Shown here one piece after another: positions 29,683-40,009 of a stretch of DNA of 64,000 nucleotides; position 1 is the stretch's first letter; each line of letters opens with the position of its first letter. Where the stretch lies: assembly GCA_965216565.1 (NCBI GenBank), contig OZ244170.1:5120001-5184000 (forward strand), written 5' to 3'. Origin of the DNA: Bythopirellula sp. GTDB taxonomy: Bacteria; Planctomycetota; Planctomycetia; Pirellulales; Lacipirellulaceae. The position numbers and the translations under genes were made by a program. Under the pieces are notes generated by a model. That model did not search any database. It saw only the letters and a program-made list of their open reading frames with translations, and was not told where the DNA came from.

Positions 29683-30780
29683 ATGGCAAGCAACACAACC
29701 GACTATTGGAGCTTGTGCATAGGTCGCTGGCGCGGGGTCGAGGTGCGGTTGCACATCTTGCTCCCTCTACTTGCGTTGGTGGGACTGCTATTAGTTGTGC
29801 AAGACAAACTCCAATCGCCAAAGGTGCTGGCGAGTGGCTTGTTGGTCTTAATAGCCAGCGTCGCCGCGGCTGAACTTGTGCGATGGCTGACGGCCCTTCG
29901 TTTTGGCGGCCAAAGTGAATCGCTAGTCCTCGGACCAGTTGGTGGATTCACCAAGCTTACACTTCCGAGCGATCCTCCGGCGCATATCGCAACTGCCCTC
30001 GCGGTACCAACAACTTTTCTCGTGCTAATGGTCGCGGCAGCTTGTTCTTTGGCTGTGGCCGGGGACGACAATGTCCTCCGCCTACTGAATCCAATTAATC
30101 CGCAGCTCAGTCAATTCAACCCTGAACTGAATCGACTGCCGGCTCAACCTCTTGATGTTGTGACAGGTTCCAGCACGATCTTGCCAATCGTTGGTGAGCT
30201 ATTCGTATGGGTGAATTTCTGTTTGTTCTTGGTCAGCCTACTTCCGATCGAACCTTGCGCCGGTGGCGAATTGCTGTGCGGTGTGTTATGGCCAATTGTA
30301 GGGCTCACAACTGCCCGCTCGCTAACTTCGCTGGTGGCAATCGGAGCAGGGGTGATGGCTGTTCTGTTGGCCCTGGTGATGGCTAGCGAAACCTCTGGCC
30401 CCTTGCTGCCAGCCTGGTTCCCCCTGGCCACTGCAGCACTATTCCTGTTTTACGGCGGAATGCGTCCCAGTCCCCAGCGCCGAGTCGATCTTGGTTTAGC
30501 AATCGATGAGTTTGATTCAGACGACGAACTGTGGATCACAAGCCACTGGGAGGACGACGATTACGAAGCCGTGCTCGTCGAACACTTGCAAGACAAGCAG
30601 CAAGAAGCGATCGATCGCAAACGCCGCGAGCGTGAGGCCAGCGAAGACGCCCGCGTCGATGCTATCTTGGCTCAGCTAAACAGTTTGCGGTTCGACGAGT
30701 TGCCCGAGGAAGATCGGGCCATTTTGAAACGCGCTAGCCGTCGCTATCGCCGTCGCCGACTAGCCGAGGATGAGTCGTAG
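29683..30780 (+). CDS. Site-2 protease (M50)-like membrane protein with degenerate active site
   Basis: M50B-type layout (IGRWRGVEVRLH, LVLGPVGG, WVNFCLFLVSLLPIEPCAGGELL), but HExxH reads AELVR and the PLDGG Asp is absent; C-terminal VDAILAQL...LPEEDRAILKRAS. Confidence 0.8.
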   Translation: MASNTTDYWSLCIGRWRGVEVRLHILLPLLALVGLLLVVQDKLQSPKVLASGLLVLIASVAAAELVRWLTALRFGGQSESLVLGPVGGFTKLTLPSDPPAHIATALAVPTTFLVLMVAAACSLAVAGDDNVLRLLNPINPQLSQFNPELNRLPAQPLDVVTGSSTILPIVGELFVWVNFCLFLVSLLPIEPCAGGELLCGVLWPIVGLTTARSLTSLVAIGAGVMAVLLALVMASETSGPLLPAWFPLATAALFLFYGGMRPSPQRRVDLGLAIDEFDSDDELWITSHWEDDDYEAVLVEHLQDKQQEAIDRKRREREASEDARVDAILAQLNSLRFDELPEEDRAILKRASRRYRRRRLAEDES

Positions 30781-30837
30781 CAGCAGTGCGATACGCGGTA
30801 TCACGACGATTCCTGCGGCCCATTCTGTAGGTCCCAG

Positions 30838-32439
30838 CTAGTCCCACCACCAGACGATTTCTTCGGATTTCGGGGCGGGGGCATCCTTCAGAATCGAATT
30901 CTCTGATGTCACATTCTTCGCGGCAACGATTGGCGCTGACTTCGCCGCATCGAGCCACACTCCACCACTGATGCCGGCAATGATATGCCGCCGATTGATC
31001 ACTCGGTGATTGACCACCGTCTCCACCTCGGTGGGAACCGAAAGCTTGGGTAACCGCAAAGCATCGTCTGAAGAAAACAGCTCCGCGCCCCAGCCGATGC
31101 GTTCCATGAGCCCCTCGCGACGCACAATCGAAAGTGCCAGCTCGAGGTCAAACACATTTCTCAACTCGCCATACAGTGGATAAGCCTGCGAGAGTGTACT
31201 GAAGTGTTTGGTAAACGAATTGGCGAACTGTAAATTCAGATCATCCGATTTACCGGTATGAACGCGGCGACCTTGGGCGGCCAGCAACTCATTTTCGCTG
31301 AGCACCTTCACACCTTGGCCCTGGAGTCGATATGTGGTTCGCTCGACATTCACTTGCACAGGCTCGTAGTTCATGGCAAACCACCACCGTAGAACAGACA
31401 TTGGGGGGGCGGAACCATCAGGCATGAGTTGGACGGTACTGAGATAGCTTTCCACGCCATCAACACCTTCGGCGATTCCCATCCCGACGAGCTTCATGTG
31501 ATAGTCGGCCATCAACAGGACGCGAGCAACATGGCTTTCTGCCTCTATTCCGAAGAAAACAACGTCCTGTTGACCGAGAGTTTTTTGCAAACCCTCCAGC
31601 CACTTGCCACGGTCGGAGGGTTCGAGGGGCTCTTGGCTGGACCGATCGAGATAGCTCTGAGTGGCTGCCAACGCCTGCTGACGCGGAATAATCGAACAGC
31701 CAAAAGACTCGGCTCGTTGTTGTTGAGGACGCCTCCATAGAGTGAGCAAATCATCGAGCCGGACCACGGGCAGCCCCGTTTGGACGCTAACGATGCGACC
31801 GTTTTCTTGAATCTGCCAATCACCTGCCGGCCCTGCGAGGATCAGGTCGCCGGAGTCGGGTGCGACGAGCACATGCTCAATCCGCTCGAGACCTGCCAGC
31901 GTCAGCATTTCAGAGGATAGCGGTTGATGCTCAAGTTGCCGTTGCCAAATGGCCTGTTCCAGCTTGGGGAGGGAGACAAATCGTAGCTTGGACGATTGAC
32001 GAGCGTCTCCCGTCTGGCGGTCCGTAGAATTCAAGTCCGTAGGTGAGAACTCCTTCGCACTACTCGGTGCCTCAGAGAATGCGAGCGCCCCGGCAGAACT
32101 GATATAAACGCCCGTGGGGAATGGCTGCACCTCGCCATCCCCGGTGCCGTTTTCCATCCAGGTATCTGCTTCGACAGTCGATTGTATGAGATCGATGAGC
32201 GAATCGAAGTCTGCATTCTGCGAGCCACCTTGCCCCGTGCCACCTATGCCGCCAAAGATATTCTGGTTGCCTTGGCCGCCTTGATTGCCCTGACCAATTT
32301 GGTTGCCTGGGCCGTTACCTTGTTGACCGAATCCTTGCTGGCCGATGCCTTGTTGCCCGCAAGACGTATTCGCGACAAGTGAAGCCAAGAATAAGGAGGC
32401 AAAAAGTGAAGCAGGCCTGAGCCTAAAGGGAGTGAACAT
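30838..32439 (-). CDS. DUF1598 domain secreted protein (planctomycete-typical)
   Basis: Signal peptide and GQ-rich linker; ADFDSLIDLIQSTV, LRFVSLPKLE, DLILAGPA, ADYHMKLVGMG, LRWWF, YGELRNVFDL, ISGGV. Confidence 0.85.
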   Translation of the reverse strand: MFTPFRLRPASLFASLFLASLVANTSCGQQGIGQQGFGQQGNGPGNQIGQGNQGGQGNQNIFGGIGGTGQGGSQNADFDSLIDLIQSTVEADTWMENGTGDGEVQPFPTGVYISSAGALAFSEAPSSAKEFSPTDLNSTDRQTGDARQSSKLRFVSLPKLEQAIWQRQLEHQPLSSEMLTLAGLERIEHVLVAPDSGDLILAGPAGDWQIQENGRIVSVQTGLPVVRLDDLLTLWRRPQQQRAESFGCSIIPRQQALAATQSYLDRSSQEPLEPSDRGKWLEGLQKTLGQQDVVFFGIEAESHVARVLLMADYHMKLVGMGIAEGVDGVESYLSTVQLMPDGSAPPMSVLRWWFAMNYEPVQVNVERTTYRLQGQGVKVLSENELLAAQGRRVHTGKSDDLNLQFANSFTKHFSTLSQAYPLYGELRNVFDLELALSIVRREGLMERIGWGAELFSSDDALRLPKLSVPTEVETVVNHRVINRRHIIAGISGGVWLDAAKSAPIVAAKNVTSENSILKDAPAPKSEEIVWWWD

Positions 32440-32676
32440 TACTGGCCTCGTTCTGTTCCAAGTTGCGATGACGTTCTTTGCAGTCGAACGTCGAACAAAC
32501 AGCGTGGCAAAAATTCCCGTGCGGATGGGAAACCACAACTCTCCCCAGCTGGATTATCTGTCAGATAGCCTGCGCTGTCTAGATTTTTCCCGGGAATCAG
32601 ATACGCGACACCACTATGCGGAATGCTCAACAAATTGTTGACACCATGGTCGAATAGACTCAGTTCTATTCGGTAT

Positions 32677-33942
32677 CTACTCGATGGAAATACGTCCCGA
32701 CTTGTTCTCGCCAGCGACAACTTCGACGAAATCACCACAATCGGCAAGCTCGGCGGCGACTTCCACGGGGGCATAACGGCAGGAGGTTCCGACATTGATT
32801 GGCTGAGCATCATCGAGCGGTCCCTCGACCAACACCTTAAGGGGCATTCCTTGTAGCGAATCGAAGTAATCGTCGCGCAGCCCCGCTTCAATTCTGGCAA
32901 GCTCTTTGCCCCGCTCTTGCTTGGTCTTTTTCGGAAGTTGATCGGGAAGCTCAGCGGCAGGTGTTGTCCGTCGCGCACTGAAAGGAAAGATGTGGATCTT
33001 CGAGAAGCCGACGCGACGCGAAACATCGCAAGTCTCTTCAAATTCGGTGTCTGTTTCCCCCGGGAAACCAACAATGATGTCAGTGGTAATAGCGGGCCGA
33101 TCGAGCGACTCTTTCAACAGCTGGCAACGATCGACAAACCGCTGGCTACCCCAGCGTCTCCGCATGCGACGCAGCACACTGTCGCTTCCACTTTGCATGG
33201 AAATGTGCAAGTGGGGACAGACCTTGTCACCGTGATTGGTCATCACGGCAATCAATTCACGGGTCACTTCTGTCGCTTCGATGCTGGAGAGTCGAATACG
33301 AAAGTCGCCAGGTAGCTCTGCAATGGCTCGCACGAGATGAGACAATCGGGTCCACTTTTCTTTCGGGAGTTTACGATTCCAATCGACTCCGTAGTGACCC
33401 AGATGGATACCAGTAAGCACTACCTCCCTGTAACCGTTGTCTACTAGCCGGCGGACTTCGTCGAGAATATGCAGAAGCGGTCGGCTGGTAAGCTCCGGTC
33501 GAACGTGTGGAATAATACAGAAACTGCATCGCAACATGCAGCCGTCTTGCACCTTCACATAAGCGCGGTGCCGACGACCAAATCCGGAAATGCCCGTGGG
33601 AACATCGGTGACGCCAAACCGACCGAGCAAATCGGGCAGCTCGCGTTTGTCAGTCAATACCTCGGTAACTTGCGGCAGGCTGGCAACATCTTCGGGCGCC
33701 CGGGTCGCATAGCAACCCATCACCACAATCTTGCTCGCCGGATTATCACGAGCCATTCGACGGATGATTTGCCGACTTTTCGAGTCGCCTTCACTAGTCA
33801 CCGTGCAAGTGTTGACAATGCACAGGTCGGCAGCGTCTTCGCTTGTCGCGTCCTCGTAGCCAATCCCCAAAAGTCCTTCCCGGATGTATTCCGTTTCGTA
33901 CTGATTGACCTTGCAACCTAGAGTGTAAGTTTTCAGTTTCAC
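32677..33942 (-). CDS. mtaB: tRNA t6A37 methylthiotransferase
   Basis: TLGCKVNQYE, VNTCTVT, VKVQDGCMLRCSFCIIP (radical SAM CxxxCxxC), QSGSDSVL, DIIVGFPGET. Confidence 0.95.
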   Translation of the reverse strand: MKLKTYTLGCKVNQYETEYIREGLLGIGYEDATSEDAADLCIVNTCTVTSEGDSKSRQIIRRMARDNPASKIVVMGCYATRAPEDVASLPQVTEVLTDKRELPDLLGRFGVTDVPTGISGFGRRHRAYVKVQDGCMLRCSFCIIPHVRPELTSRPLLHILDEVRRLVDNGYREVVLTGIHLGHYGVDWNRKLPKEKWTRLSHLVRAIAELPGDFRIRLSSIEATEVTRELIAVMTNHGDKVCPHLHISMQSGSDSVLRRMRRRWGSQRFVDRCQLLKESLDRPAITTDIIVGFPGETDTEFEETCDVSRRVGFSKIHIFPFSARRTTPAAELPDQLPKKTKQERGKELARIEAGLRDDYFDSLQGMPLKVLVEGPLDDAQPINVGTSCRYAPVEVAAELADCGDFVEVVAGENKSGRISIE

Positions 33943-34042
33943 TGCGTTGTATCTTTCTTTTTCCTGCCTGCCTGGCGGTGCTTGTCGCCACGATTAGACT
34001 GCAGCCTAGTGGGCCATTTCAAATTTCACAATTCCGCTTGCT

Positions 34043-34390
34043 TTATTCGACCGCTTCGATCGTACTCCACATCGATCCTTTGCTAGATTCCATGTTATCT
34101 TTGCCGTAGGCGTGAATCTGGTCTCGCTTTAGTTCGGCGTGCTCTTTTGTCGTTGTGAGCACCACGGCACGGCCCTCTTCGTCGACGCCCTTGGCGATTT
34201 TCTCGCACTGTTGTTTTTCGTGGCCAAAGAGTTCGCGGAGCATCTTTTCTACGTAGTCGAAAGTGTGATCGTCACTGTCCCACAAAAGCACGTTGTACCG
34301 AGGCTGGCGGCGTTCGACGTGCTGGCCCTCTGCTTGCTTCTCGGGAACGACTGTGGCTACACCCTGGTCGTCTTCTTCAAACTCATCCAT
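34043..34390 (-). CDS. clpS: ATP-dependent Clp protease adaptor ClpS
   Basis: YNVLLWDSDDHTFDYVEKMLRELF, VDEEGRAVV, EHAELK. Confidence 0.9.
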   Translation of the reverse strand: MDEFEEDDQGVATVVPEKQAEGQHVERRQPRYNVLLWDSDDHTFDYVEKMLRELFGHEKQQCEKIAKGVDEEGRAVVLTTTKEHAELKRDQIHAYGKDNMESSKGSMWSTIEAVE

Positions 34391-34636
34391 CTATTCAAAC
34401 CTCTGTCTTTAGCGATTCCCTAGCCAGGCACCGGTGGCGTGATCTCTCTGACGGCATTATATTAAACGCCCGACCTAAGGGGATACTTGCAGCACTACTT
34501 TCCTTGGTTTTGGCAGAACGATGCAATTGAGCATCGCTAAGAATTCCCGCCTGGCATAGTAGCGTCTGTCAATCATGGTCCAATCGTCAAATTACTCCAT
34601 CTCACCGCCACCATTTCGTCCCCGAAATTTGATCAC

Positions 34637-36010
34637 GTGATAGACAAAGTACTCCAATATATTGAGGCGAATAGCCAGCGGTTCCAAGACGACTTGATGA
34701 AACTGCTACGCATCCCCAGTGTTAGCGCCGACTCGGCTCATAAGGACGACGTGCAGCAGGCCGCCGACTGGCTAACCGCTCATCTGGGAGAAATGGGGCT
34801 CGCGGCGGAGCAAATTGACACCGACGGCCATCCACTGGTGTATGCGGAGTCGCCGCCAGTACCAGGGGCACCGGTGGCGCTTGTCTACGGTCACTACGAC
34901 GTCCAACCTCCCGATCCGCTCGACTTGTGGGAGACGCCCCCATTCGAGCCGACCGTGCGCGATGGCAACGTTTACGCGCGTGGCGCGAGTGACGACAAAG
35001 GGCAGATGCTCACGCATGTAAAAAGTCTGGAGGCGTGGTCTAAGGCAGCCGACTCACTCCCCTTACAGGTTAAGGTCCTGATCGAAGGCGAGGAAGAAGT
35101 TGGTAGTGCAAATCTGGAGAAATTCCTGGCCGACAACGCTGCTAAGCTTGCTTGCGATTGTGTGGTCATTAGCGACACGGCCCAATTCGCACCAGGGATT
35201 CCTGCGATCACCTATGGGTTGAAAGGAATCGCCTATCTTGAACTGCGGCTGACCGGTCCCAATCGCGATCTACATTCGGGCGTGTTTGGCGGTGCGGTTA
35301 CCAATCCTGCAAACGCACTTGCACAGATTCTCGATAAGTTGATCGACGATCAAGGCCGCATCCAAATTCCAGGTTTCTACGACAACGTGGTGCCGCTGGA
35401 AGACCGGGAACGCGAGCAGTGGAAAGACCTGCCATTTGACCAGCAGGAGTTTGAAAACGAACTCGATGTCGATGGCGTAACAGGCGAGGCGGGTTACACA
35501 ACGCTCGAACGTCGCTGGGCCCGGCCGACTTTTGATATCAATGGGTTAACCAGCGGATACCAAGGCGAAGGTGCCAAGACGGTGCTGCCATCGAAAGCGT
35601 CGGCCAAGTTCAGTTTCCGCTTAGTTCCTAATCAGGACCCAAAGCAAGTGGCGGACAGCTTGCGAGCGTTCCTGCCGACATTGTTGCCGCCAGGCATCAC
35701 GATGGAACTGATCGAATATCACGGCGGAGCGGGAATTGCCTTTCCACTAGATAGCCCGATGATGGACGCGGCCAGCGAAGCCATCGAGGTCGGCTTCGGG
35801 AAGCGGCCCGTGTTTATGCGCGAAGGGGGCTCGATTCCCATTGTAAGTAGCTTTTCTCAGCATTTAGGGGCGGAGGTGCTCTTGTTGGGATGGGGTCAAA
35901 ACGACGACAATCTGCATAGTCCCAACGAGAAGTTCTCGCTGGAAGCTTTCCAGCAGGGCATCCGTACCAGCGCCGCGTTGTGGGACCGTTTGGGCCAGAT
36001 TAAAAAATAA
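34637..36010 (+). CDS. M20 family dipeptidase
   Basis: LLRIPSVS, YGHYDVQPPDP, YARGASDDKGQ, IEGEEEVGS, DLHSG, GGSIP, NLHSPNEKF. Confidence 0.95.
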   Translation: MIDKVLQYIEANSQRFQDDLMKLLRIPSVSADSAHKDDVQQAADWLTAHLGEMGLAAEQIDTDGHPLVYAESPPVPGAPVALVYGHYDVQPPDPLDLWETPPFEPTVRDGNVYARGASDDKGQMLTHVKSLEAWSKAADSLPLQVKVLIEGEEEVGSANLEKFLADNAAKLACDCVVISDTAQFAPGIPAITYGLKGIAYLELRLTGPNRDLHSGVFGGAVTNPANALAQILDKLIDDQGRIQIPGFYDNVVPLEDREREQWKDLPFDQQEFENELDVDGVTGEAGYTTLERRWARPTFDINGLTSGYQGEGAKTVLPSKASAKFSFRLVPNQDPKQVADSLRAFLPTLLPPGITMELIEYHGGAGIAFPLDSPMMDAASEAIEVGFGKRPVFMREGGSIPIVSSFSQHLGAEVLLLGWGQNDDNLHSPNEKFSLEAFQQGIRTSAALWDRLGQIKK

Positions 36011-36099
36011 AACACAGAAAAAAATAAAACACTGCAACAAGTGATGCACATCAAGAACTGCAACAAGCAGGCCAGTAATCTAGGGGTGACGTAGGAAGA

Positions 36100-37383
36100 A
36101 TGCTCGATAAACGCTTTATTCTCGACAATATCGAGACCGTTCAGGAAAACTGCAACCATCGCGGCGTGAAGGCTGACGTGGCGCGGTTCGCAAGATTAGA
36201 AACCGAATGCCGTCAGTTGCAGCAAGAGGTTGAAGAACTGTCGCGGCAAGCAAATTTGGTTAGCAAGTCTATTGGCAAAGCCAAGGACGACGCCGAGCGA
36301 GAACAGCGTAAAGAAGAAGGCCGTGCACTTCGCGAACAGAAGGATGCCAAGCAGACCGAGATGGATCGTATCGCCGCCGAGGCGGGGGCCATCTATCGCA
36401 GTATGCCGAATCTCACGCATCCCGAAGCACCCATCGGCGAGGAAGCACATAGTCGCGAGATTCGTAAAGGCGAAGTGGAAGTCAAACGGTTCAGCTTCCC
36501 CGTGCACGACCACGTGGAGCTCGCTAACCAACACGATCTGGTCGACTTCGAAGGCGGAGCCCGCATCGCCGGGAATGGCTTCTACTTTCTCAAGAACGAA
36601 GCAGTGATGCTGGAACTAGCACTTCAGCAATATGTAATGGAGCTTCTGGTTGGCGAAGGGTTTGTACCCACAATCACTCCCGACTTAGCTCGCGGCGAAA
36701 TCCTCTCCGGCATCGGCTTTATTCCACGTGGACCTGAAACTCAGATCTACAGCATCGAGAATCACGATTTAAATTTGGTTGCTACCGCCGAGATTACCTT
36801 GGGCGGTATGTATTCCGGCCAAGTGATTGACGTCGAGCAATTGCCGCTCAAGCTATGCGGCATTAGCCATTGCTTCCGAACCGAAGCGGGCGCCGCCGGA
36901 CGGGCCTCGCGGGGGCTGTACCGCGTGCATCAGTTCACCAAGGTCGAGATGTTCGCTTTCACGCTGCCGGAGCAAAGCGAAGACATGCACAACTACTTCT
37001 GCGACTTGGAATGCCAAATATTCGATGGCCTGGGGATTCCATATCGGGTGATCGACACCGCCACCGGCGATCTAGGCGGTCCGGCCTACCGCAAGTTTGA
37101 TCTGGAAGCATGGATGCCGGGGCGGGGCGAGAACGGCGAGTATGGCGAAGTCACCTCGGCAAGCAATTGCACCGACTACCAGGCGCGACGTCTCAACATT
37201 CGCTCAAAGGTGAAGGGCGAGAAAGGTACGAACTTTGTCCACACCCTCAACGGCACAGCCGTGGCCATCAGCCGAGCGATCATCGCAATCCTAGAAAACT
37301 GCCAACAACCCGACGGCACCATCCTGGTGCCCGAGGTGCTGCGGAAATGGGTCGGCAAAGAGCGCATCGGTGCGACGGGCTAG
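36100..37383 (+). CDS. serS: Serine--tRNA ligase
   Basis: N-terminal coiled coil; LVATAEITL, CFRTEAG, GLYRVHQFTKVEMF, EVTSASNCTDYQARRL, HTLNGTAVA. Confidence 0.98.
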   Translation: MLDKRFILDNIETVQENCNHRGVKADVARFARLETECRQLQQEVEELSRQANLVSKSIGKAKDDAEREQRKEEGRALREQKDAKQTEMDRIAAEAGAIYRSMPNLTHPEAPIGEEAHSREIRKGEVEVKRFSFPVHDHVELANQHDLVDFEGGARIAGNGFYFLKNEAVMLELALQQYVMELLVGEGFVPTITPDLARGEILSGIGFIPRGPETQIYSIENHDLNLVATAEITLGGMYSGQVIDVEQLPLKLCGISHCFRTEAGAAGRASRGLYRVHQFTKVEMFAFTLPEQSEDMHNYFCDLECQIFDGLGIPYRVIDTATGDLGGPAYRKFDLEAWMPGRGENGEYGEVTSASNCTDYQARRLNIRSKVKGEKGTNFVHTLNGTAVAISRAIIAILENCQQPDGTILVPEVLRKWVGKERIGATG

Positions 37384-37432
37384 CGGTGGTGTTCTGGCTG
37401 AATCACTAATTCAGTCATCAAGCAAGTTGTCG

Positions 37433-37729
37433 TTATGACCTCGTGCGGCTGAATGGTGCCGTCGGGTCGGAAATTAGGTGCCCAGGGAACTTGTCGAAAT
37501 CTTTGGCTTCTCGAAGTCCGTTGGCAACCTGGATCACATCGTCGGACGCAACAACTGTCGGGTAGCCAGCAGTCGTCAGTATTCGTTTGAGACCTTGAGA
37601 ATCTTGCACCCTACATAGCTCTTGGTACTCATCGAATGAGAAGTACATTCCCTTCTCGCCACGACGCGCAAGCTCACTAACGAGTTTTGGCCCAAGTGAA
37701 CCGTGATCAACGCAAGAGTCTATCTTCAT
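37433..37729 (-). CDS. Hypothetical protein coupled to sppA
   Basis: ATGA overlap with the sppA stop; fills the gap before convergent serS; no recognised motif. Confidence 0.45.
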   Translation of the reverse strand: MKIDSCVDHGSLGPKLVSELARRGEKGMYFSFDEYQELCRVQDSQGLKRILTTAGYPTVVASDDVIQVANGLREAKDFDKFPGHLISDPTAPFSRTRS

Positions 37730-39570
37730 TCAATCTCAATCCAAAACGGCATGATCGTAGCCACGGGTTCCCGCAGCACGGCTCGCAATTGGGCGGCTTT
37801 GCGGACTGGGGCGGTTAGCTCTGGAGCGAGTTGCCTAAGGCCGAGCGAGATGGCGACTTCCTTTTCTGCATCTTGATCGATGCCGAAAATTGCCTCGAAG
37901 GGATTCTCTTGCTTAGGCAGCACCTTGAGATCGACCTCGGCGTCGGGCTCCATGCCTGCTAACTGCTTGGCAGTTCGAATGGCATCCTTCAATGTGCCGA
38001 GTTCATCCACCAAGCCAATTCGTTTAGCATCGCGGCCAGTGTAGACTTTTCCGCCAGCGAGTTCCTTGAGCTGCTCCAAGGGCATGTCGCGGCCCTCGGC
38101 TGCTTTGGAAGTGAACAAATCGTAAATCTTGCTCATCATGTTGAGAACAACTTCGCGTTCGCTCTCGCTAAAGTTGGAATTGGAAGAGAACATGCCACTA
38201 TTTTTGCCACGGCTAATGACGTCGGTCGTAATGCCAATTTTGCCGTATAGCTCATTCATGTTGAACTTCCCGCCGACAACACCAATCGAGCCAGTAACGG
38301 TGCCCGGCTCGGCGAAAATCTTGTCAGCACCCATCGAGATGTAATACCCACCACTGGCAGCAACGTCGCCCATGCTGGCCACAATCGGTTTCTCGATAGT
38401 CTGCGTTGCACGCCAAATCAAGTCACTCGCCAGCGCCGATCCGCCCGGGCTATTGACCCGCAACACGATCCCTTTCACGCGCTCGTCCTCAGCGGCTTCG
38501 TGAAGTGCTTTGACGATAGTGTCAGACCCCATCAGTTGCCCAGCGAACGGATTGTCTTCGCTTTTGCCACTCATAATGGGGCCGACGGCATAAACAATCG
38601 CGATCTTATCCTTCTTCGAACTACGGCCACCATCGCCGCCGAGCATCAGGTTGAACAGCTTCATGAAACCCATCGGTCCAGAAAAGTCGGTGTCGACTTT
38701 CTTCTTGGCGTAGTTCATCACATAAACCAGCTTGTCGGCATCATACTCAGTGGAGAGCCGTGCGCGGACGGAATCGGGATAGGCGACCTCGTCAATCAGA
38801 CCAGCCTCCTTCGCCTCGCGTGCCGTGAGCAAGCCTTGGTCGACTTTGGCGCGGACTTCCTCAACGCGAAGGTTCCGATTCGTAGCGATTCGTGTGATCA
38901 CTTGATCGTATAGATCATCGACCATTGCCGTGAGGTTTTCTCTAACGGGCTCGCTAAAGCTCTTTCGGGTGAAAGGTTCGGCGGCGCCTTTGGCTTCGCC
39001 CATGTGGATCATGTCTGCCTCGATGCCCAGCTTGTCGAGCATCTCTTTGTAGAAACCCGCCTCAGCCCGTACGCCGGGAATTAGAATGATCCCAGCCTCC
39101 GGCATCACGATTTCGTCGCAGGCAGTGGCGAGCAGATATTGGGAGCCCTGGGCGGATTCCAGTTGTGCGATCACCTTTTTACCACTGGCACGCACTCGAG
39201 CCACGGCGTCGGAGAGTTCATTGAGCTTTCCCCGAGCCATGGGATTGCGGATCTCAAGGATAATGCCGGAGATCGAATCGTCCTCGGCGGCCTTGTCGAG
39301 TCGAGCGATCGTCTTGCGTAGATCAATACCAAGGTCGCCAAACAGCGACATCTGGCCGGGCGACTCGGGGAGTTCCCCTTTGATGGCGATATGGGCCATA
39401 CGAACTTTGTTCGGTTTCTTGGTCTCGGCTGCGTTGTCTGTCGAATCGCTAGCAGATGCAGACGCTTGCTTGGCCTCGACGGCTTTCGATTGTGCTACCA
39501 GTTGGTCGCAGAACAGGCAGGCTGAAAACAGGATGATGCCGGCGATGGCAATTTGGAACGAGTCGCGCAT
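37726..39570 (-). CDS. sppA: Signal peptide peptidase A (protease IV), long form
   Basis: Two S49 domains; LRVNSPGGSALAS, SMGDVAASGGYYI, TGSIGVVGGK, GKVYTGRDA, GLVDELG; GAGGA before ATG 39570. Confidence 0.96.
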   Translation of the reverse strand: MRDSFQIAIAGIILFSACLFCDQLVAQSKAVEAKQASASASDSTDNAAETKKPNKVRMAHIAIKGELPESPGQMSLFGDLGIDLRKTIARLDKAAEDDSISGIILEIRNPMARGKLNELSDAVARVRASGKKVIAQLESAQGSQYLLATACDEIVMPEAGIILIPGVRAEAGFYKEMLDKLGIEADMIHMGEAKGAAEPFTRKSFSEPVRENLTAMVDDLYDQVITRIATNRNLRVEEVRAKVDQGLLTAREAKEAGLIDEVAYPDSVRARLSTEYDADKLVYVMNYAKKKVDTDFSGPMGFMKLFNLMLGGDGGRSSKKDKIAIVYAVGPIMSGKSEDNPFAGQLMGSDTIVKALHEAAEDERVKGIVLRVNSPGGSALASDLIWRATQTIEKPIVASMGDVAASGGYYISMGADKIFAEPGTVTGSIGVVGGKFNMNELYGKIGITTDVISRGKNSGMFSSNSNFSESEREVVLNMMSKIYDLFTSKAAEGRDMPLEQLKELAGGKVYTGRDAKRIGLVDELGTLKDAIRTAKQLAGMEPDAEVDLKVLPKQENPFEAIFGIDQDAEKEVAISLGLRQLAPELTAPVRKAAQLRAVLREPVATIMPFWIEIE

Positions 39571-40009
39571 GGCTTCCTCTGGGCTGGTGGGGCTCTTGAT
39601 TTGCTTCTCTATTTTAGCGCAATGAGTGCGTTGCTGGCTATTCGTCGACCGTCCGTGAATATTTGAACTCTTTTGGAGATCCAGGCAGCAGACCCTAGCT
39701 GCCCAGCATATTGTCATCCCGAGATCCGCCGAGGGTTCTAGCTAGATTTCTTGACAGACCTCGAAATGAGGGCTTCTGAGGTAGCTCGGAATAGCGATTG
39801 AATTGTCGATAGGACAAGAATACCGAGGAATTCAATACTTCTGATAGCGTTTGTTTGCTCTGAGTATCTGGCTCATGAGATCGGTCTGGCTAGAGGACCT
39901 GCCTTTTGCTAATTTCCGCCCCTCGGCACCGGAAATTCTTGCCGAGAATCTTTTCTCTCGCTACCAAGATTTCAACCCGGCTACCACTATTTGGGGAGAC
40001 GCACGTCCT

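Noticed and set aside
36002..36032. AAAAAATAAAACAC direct repeat upstream of serS
   Set aside because: It is low-complexity with only two copies, possibly an UP-like A-tract but unsupported. I saw no T-box either.
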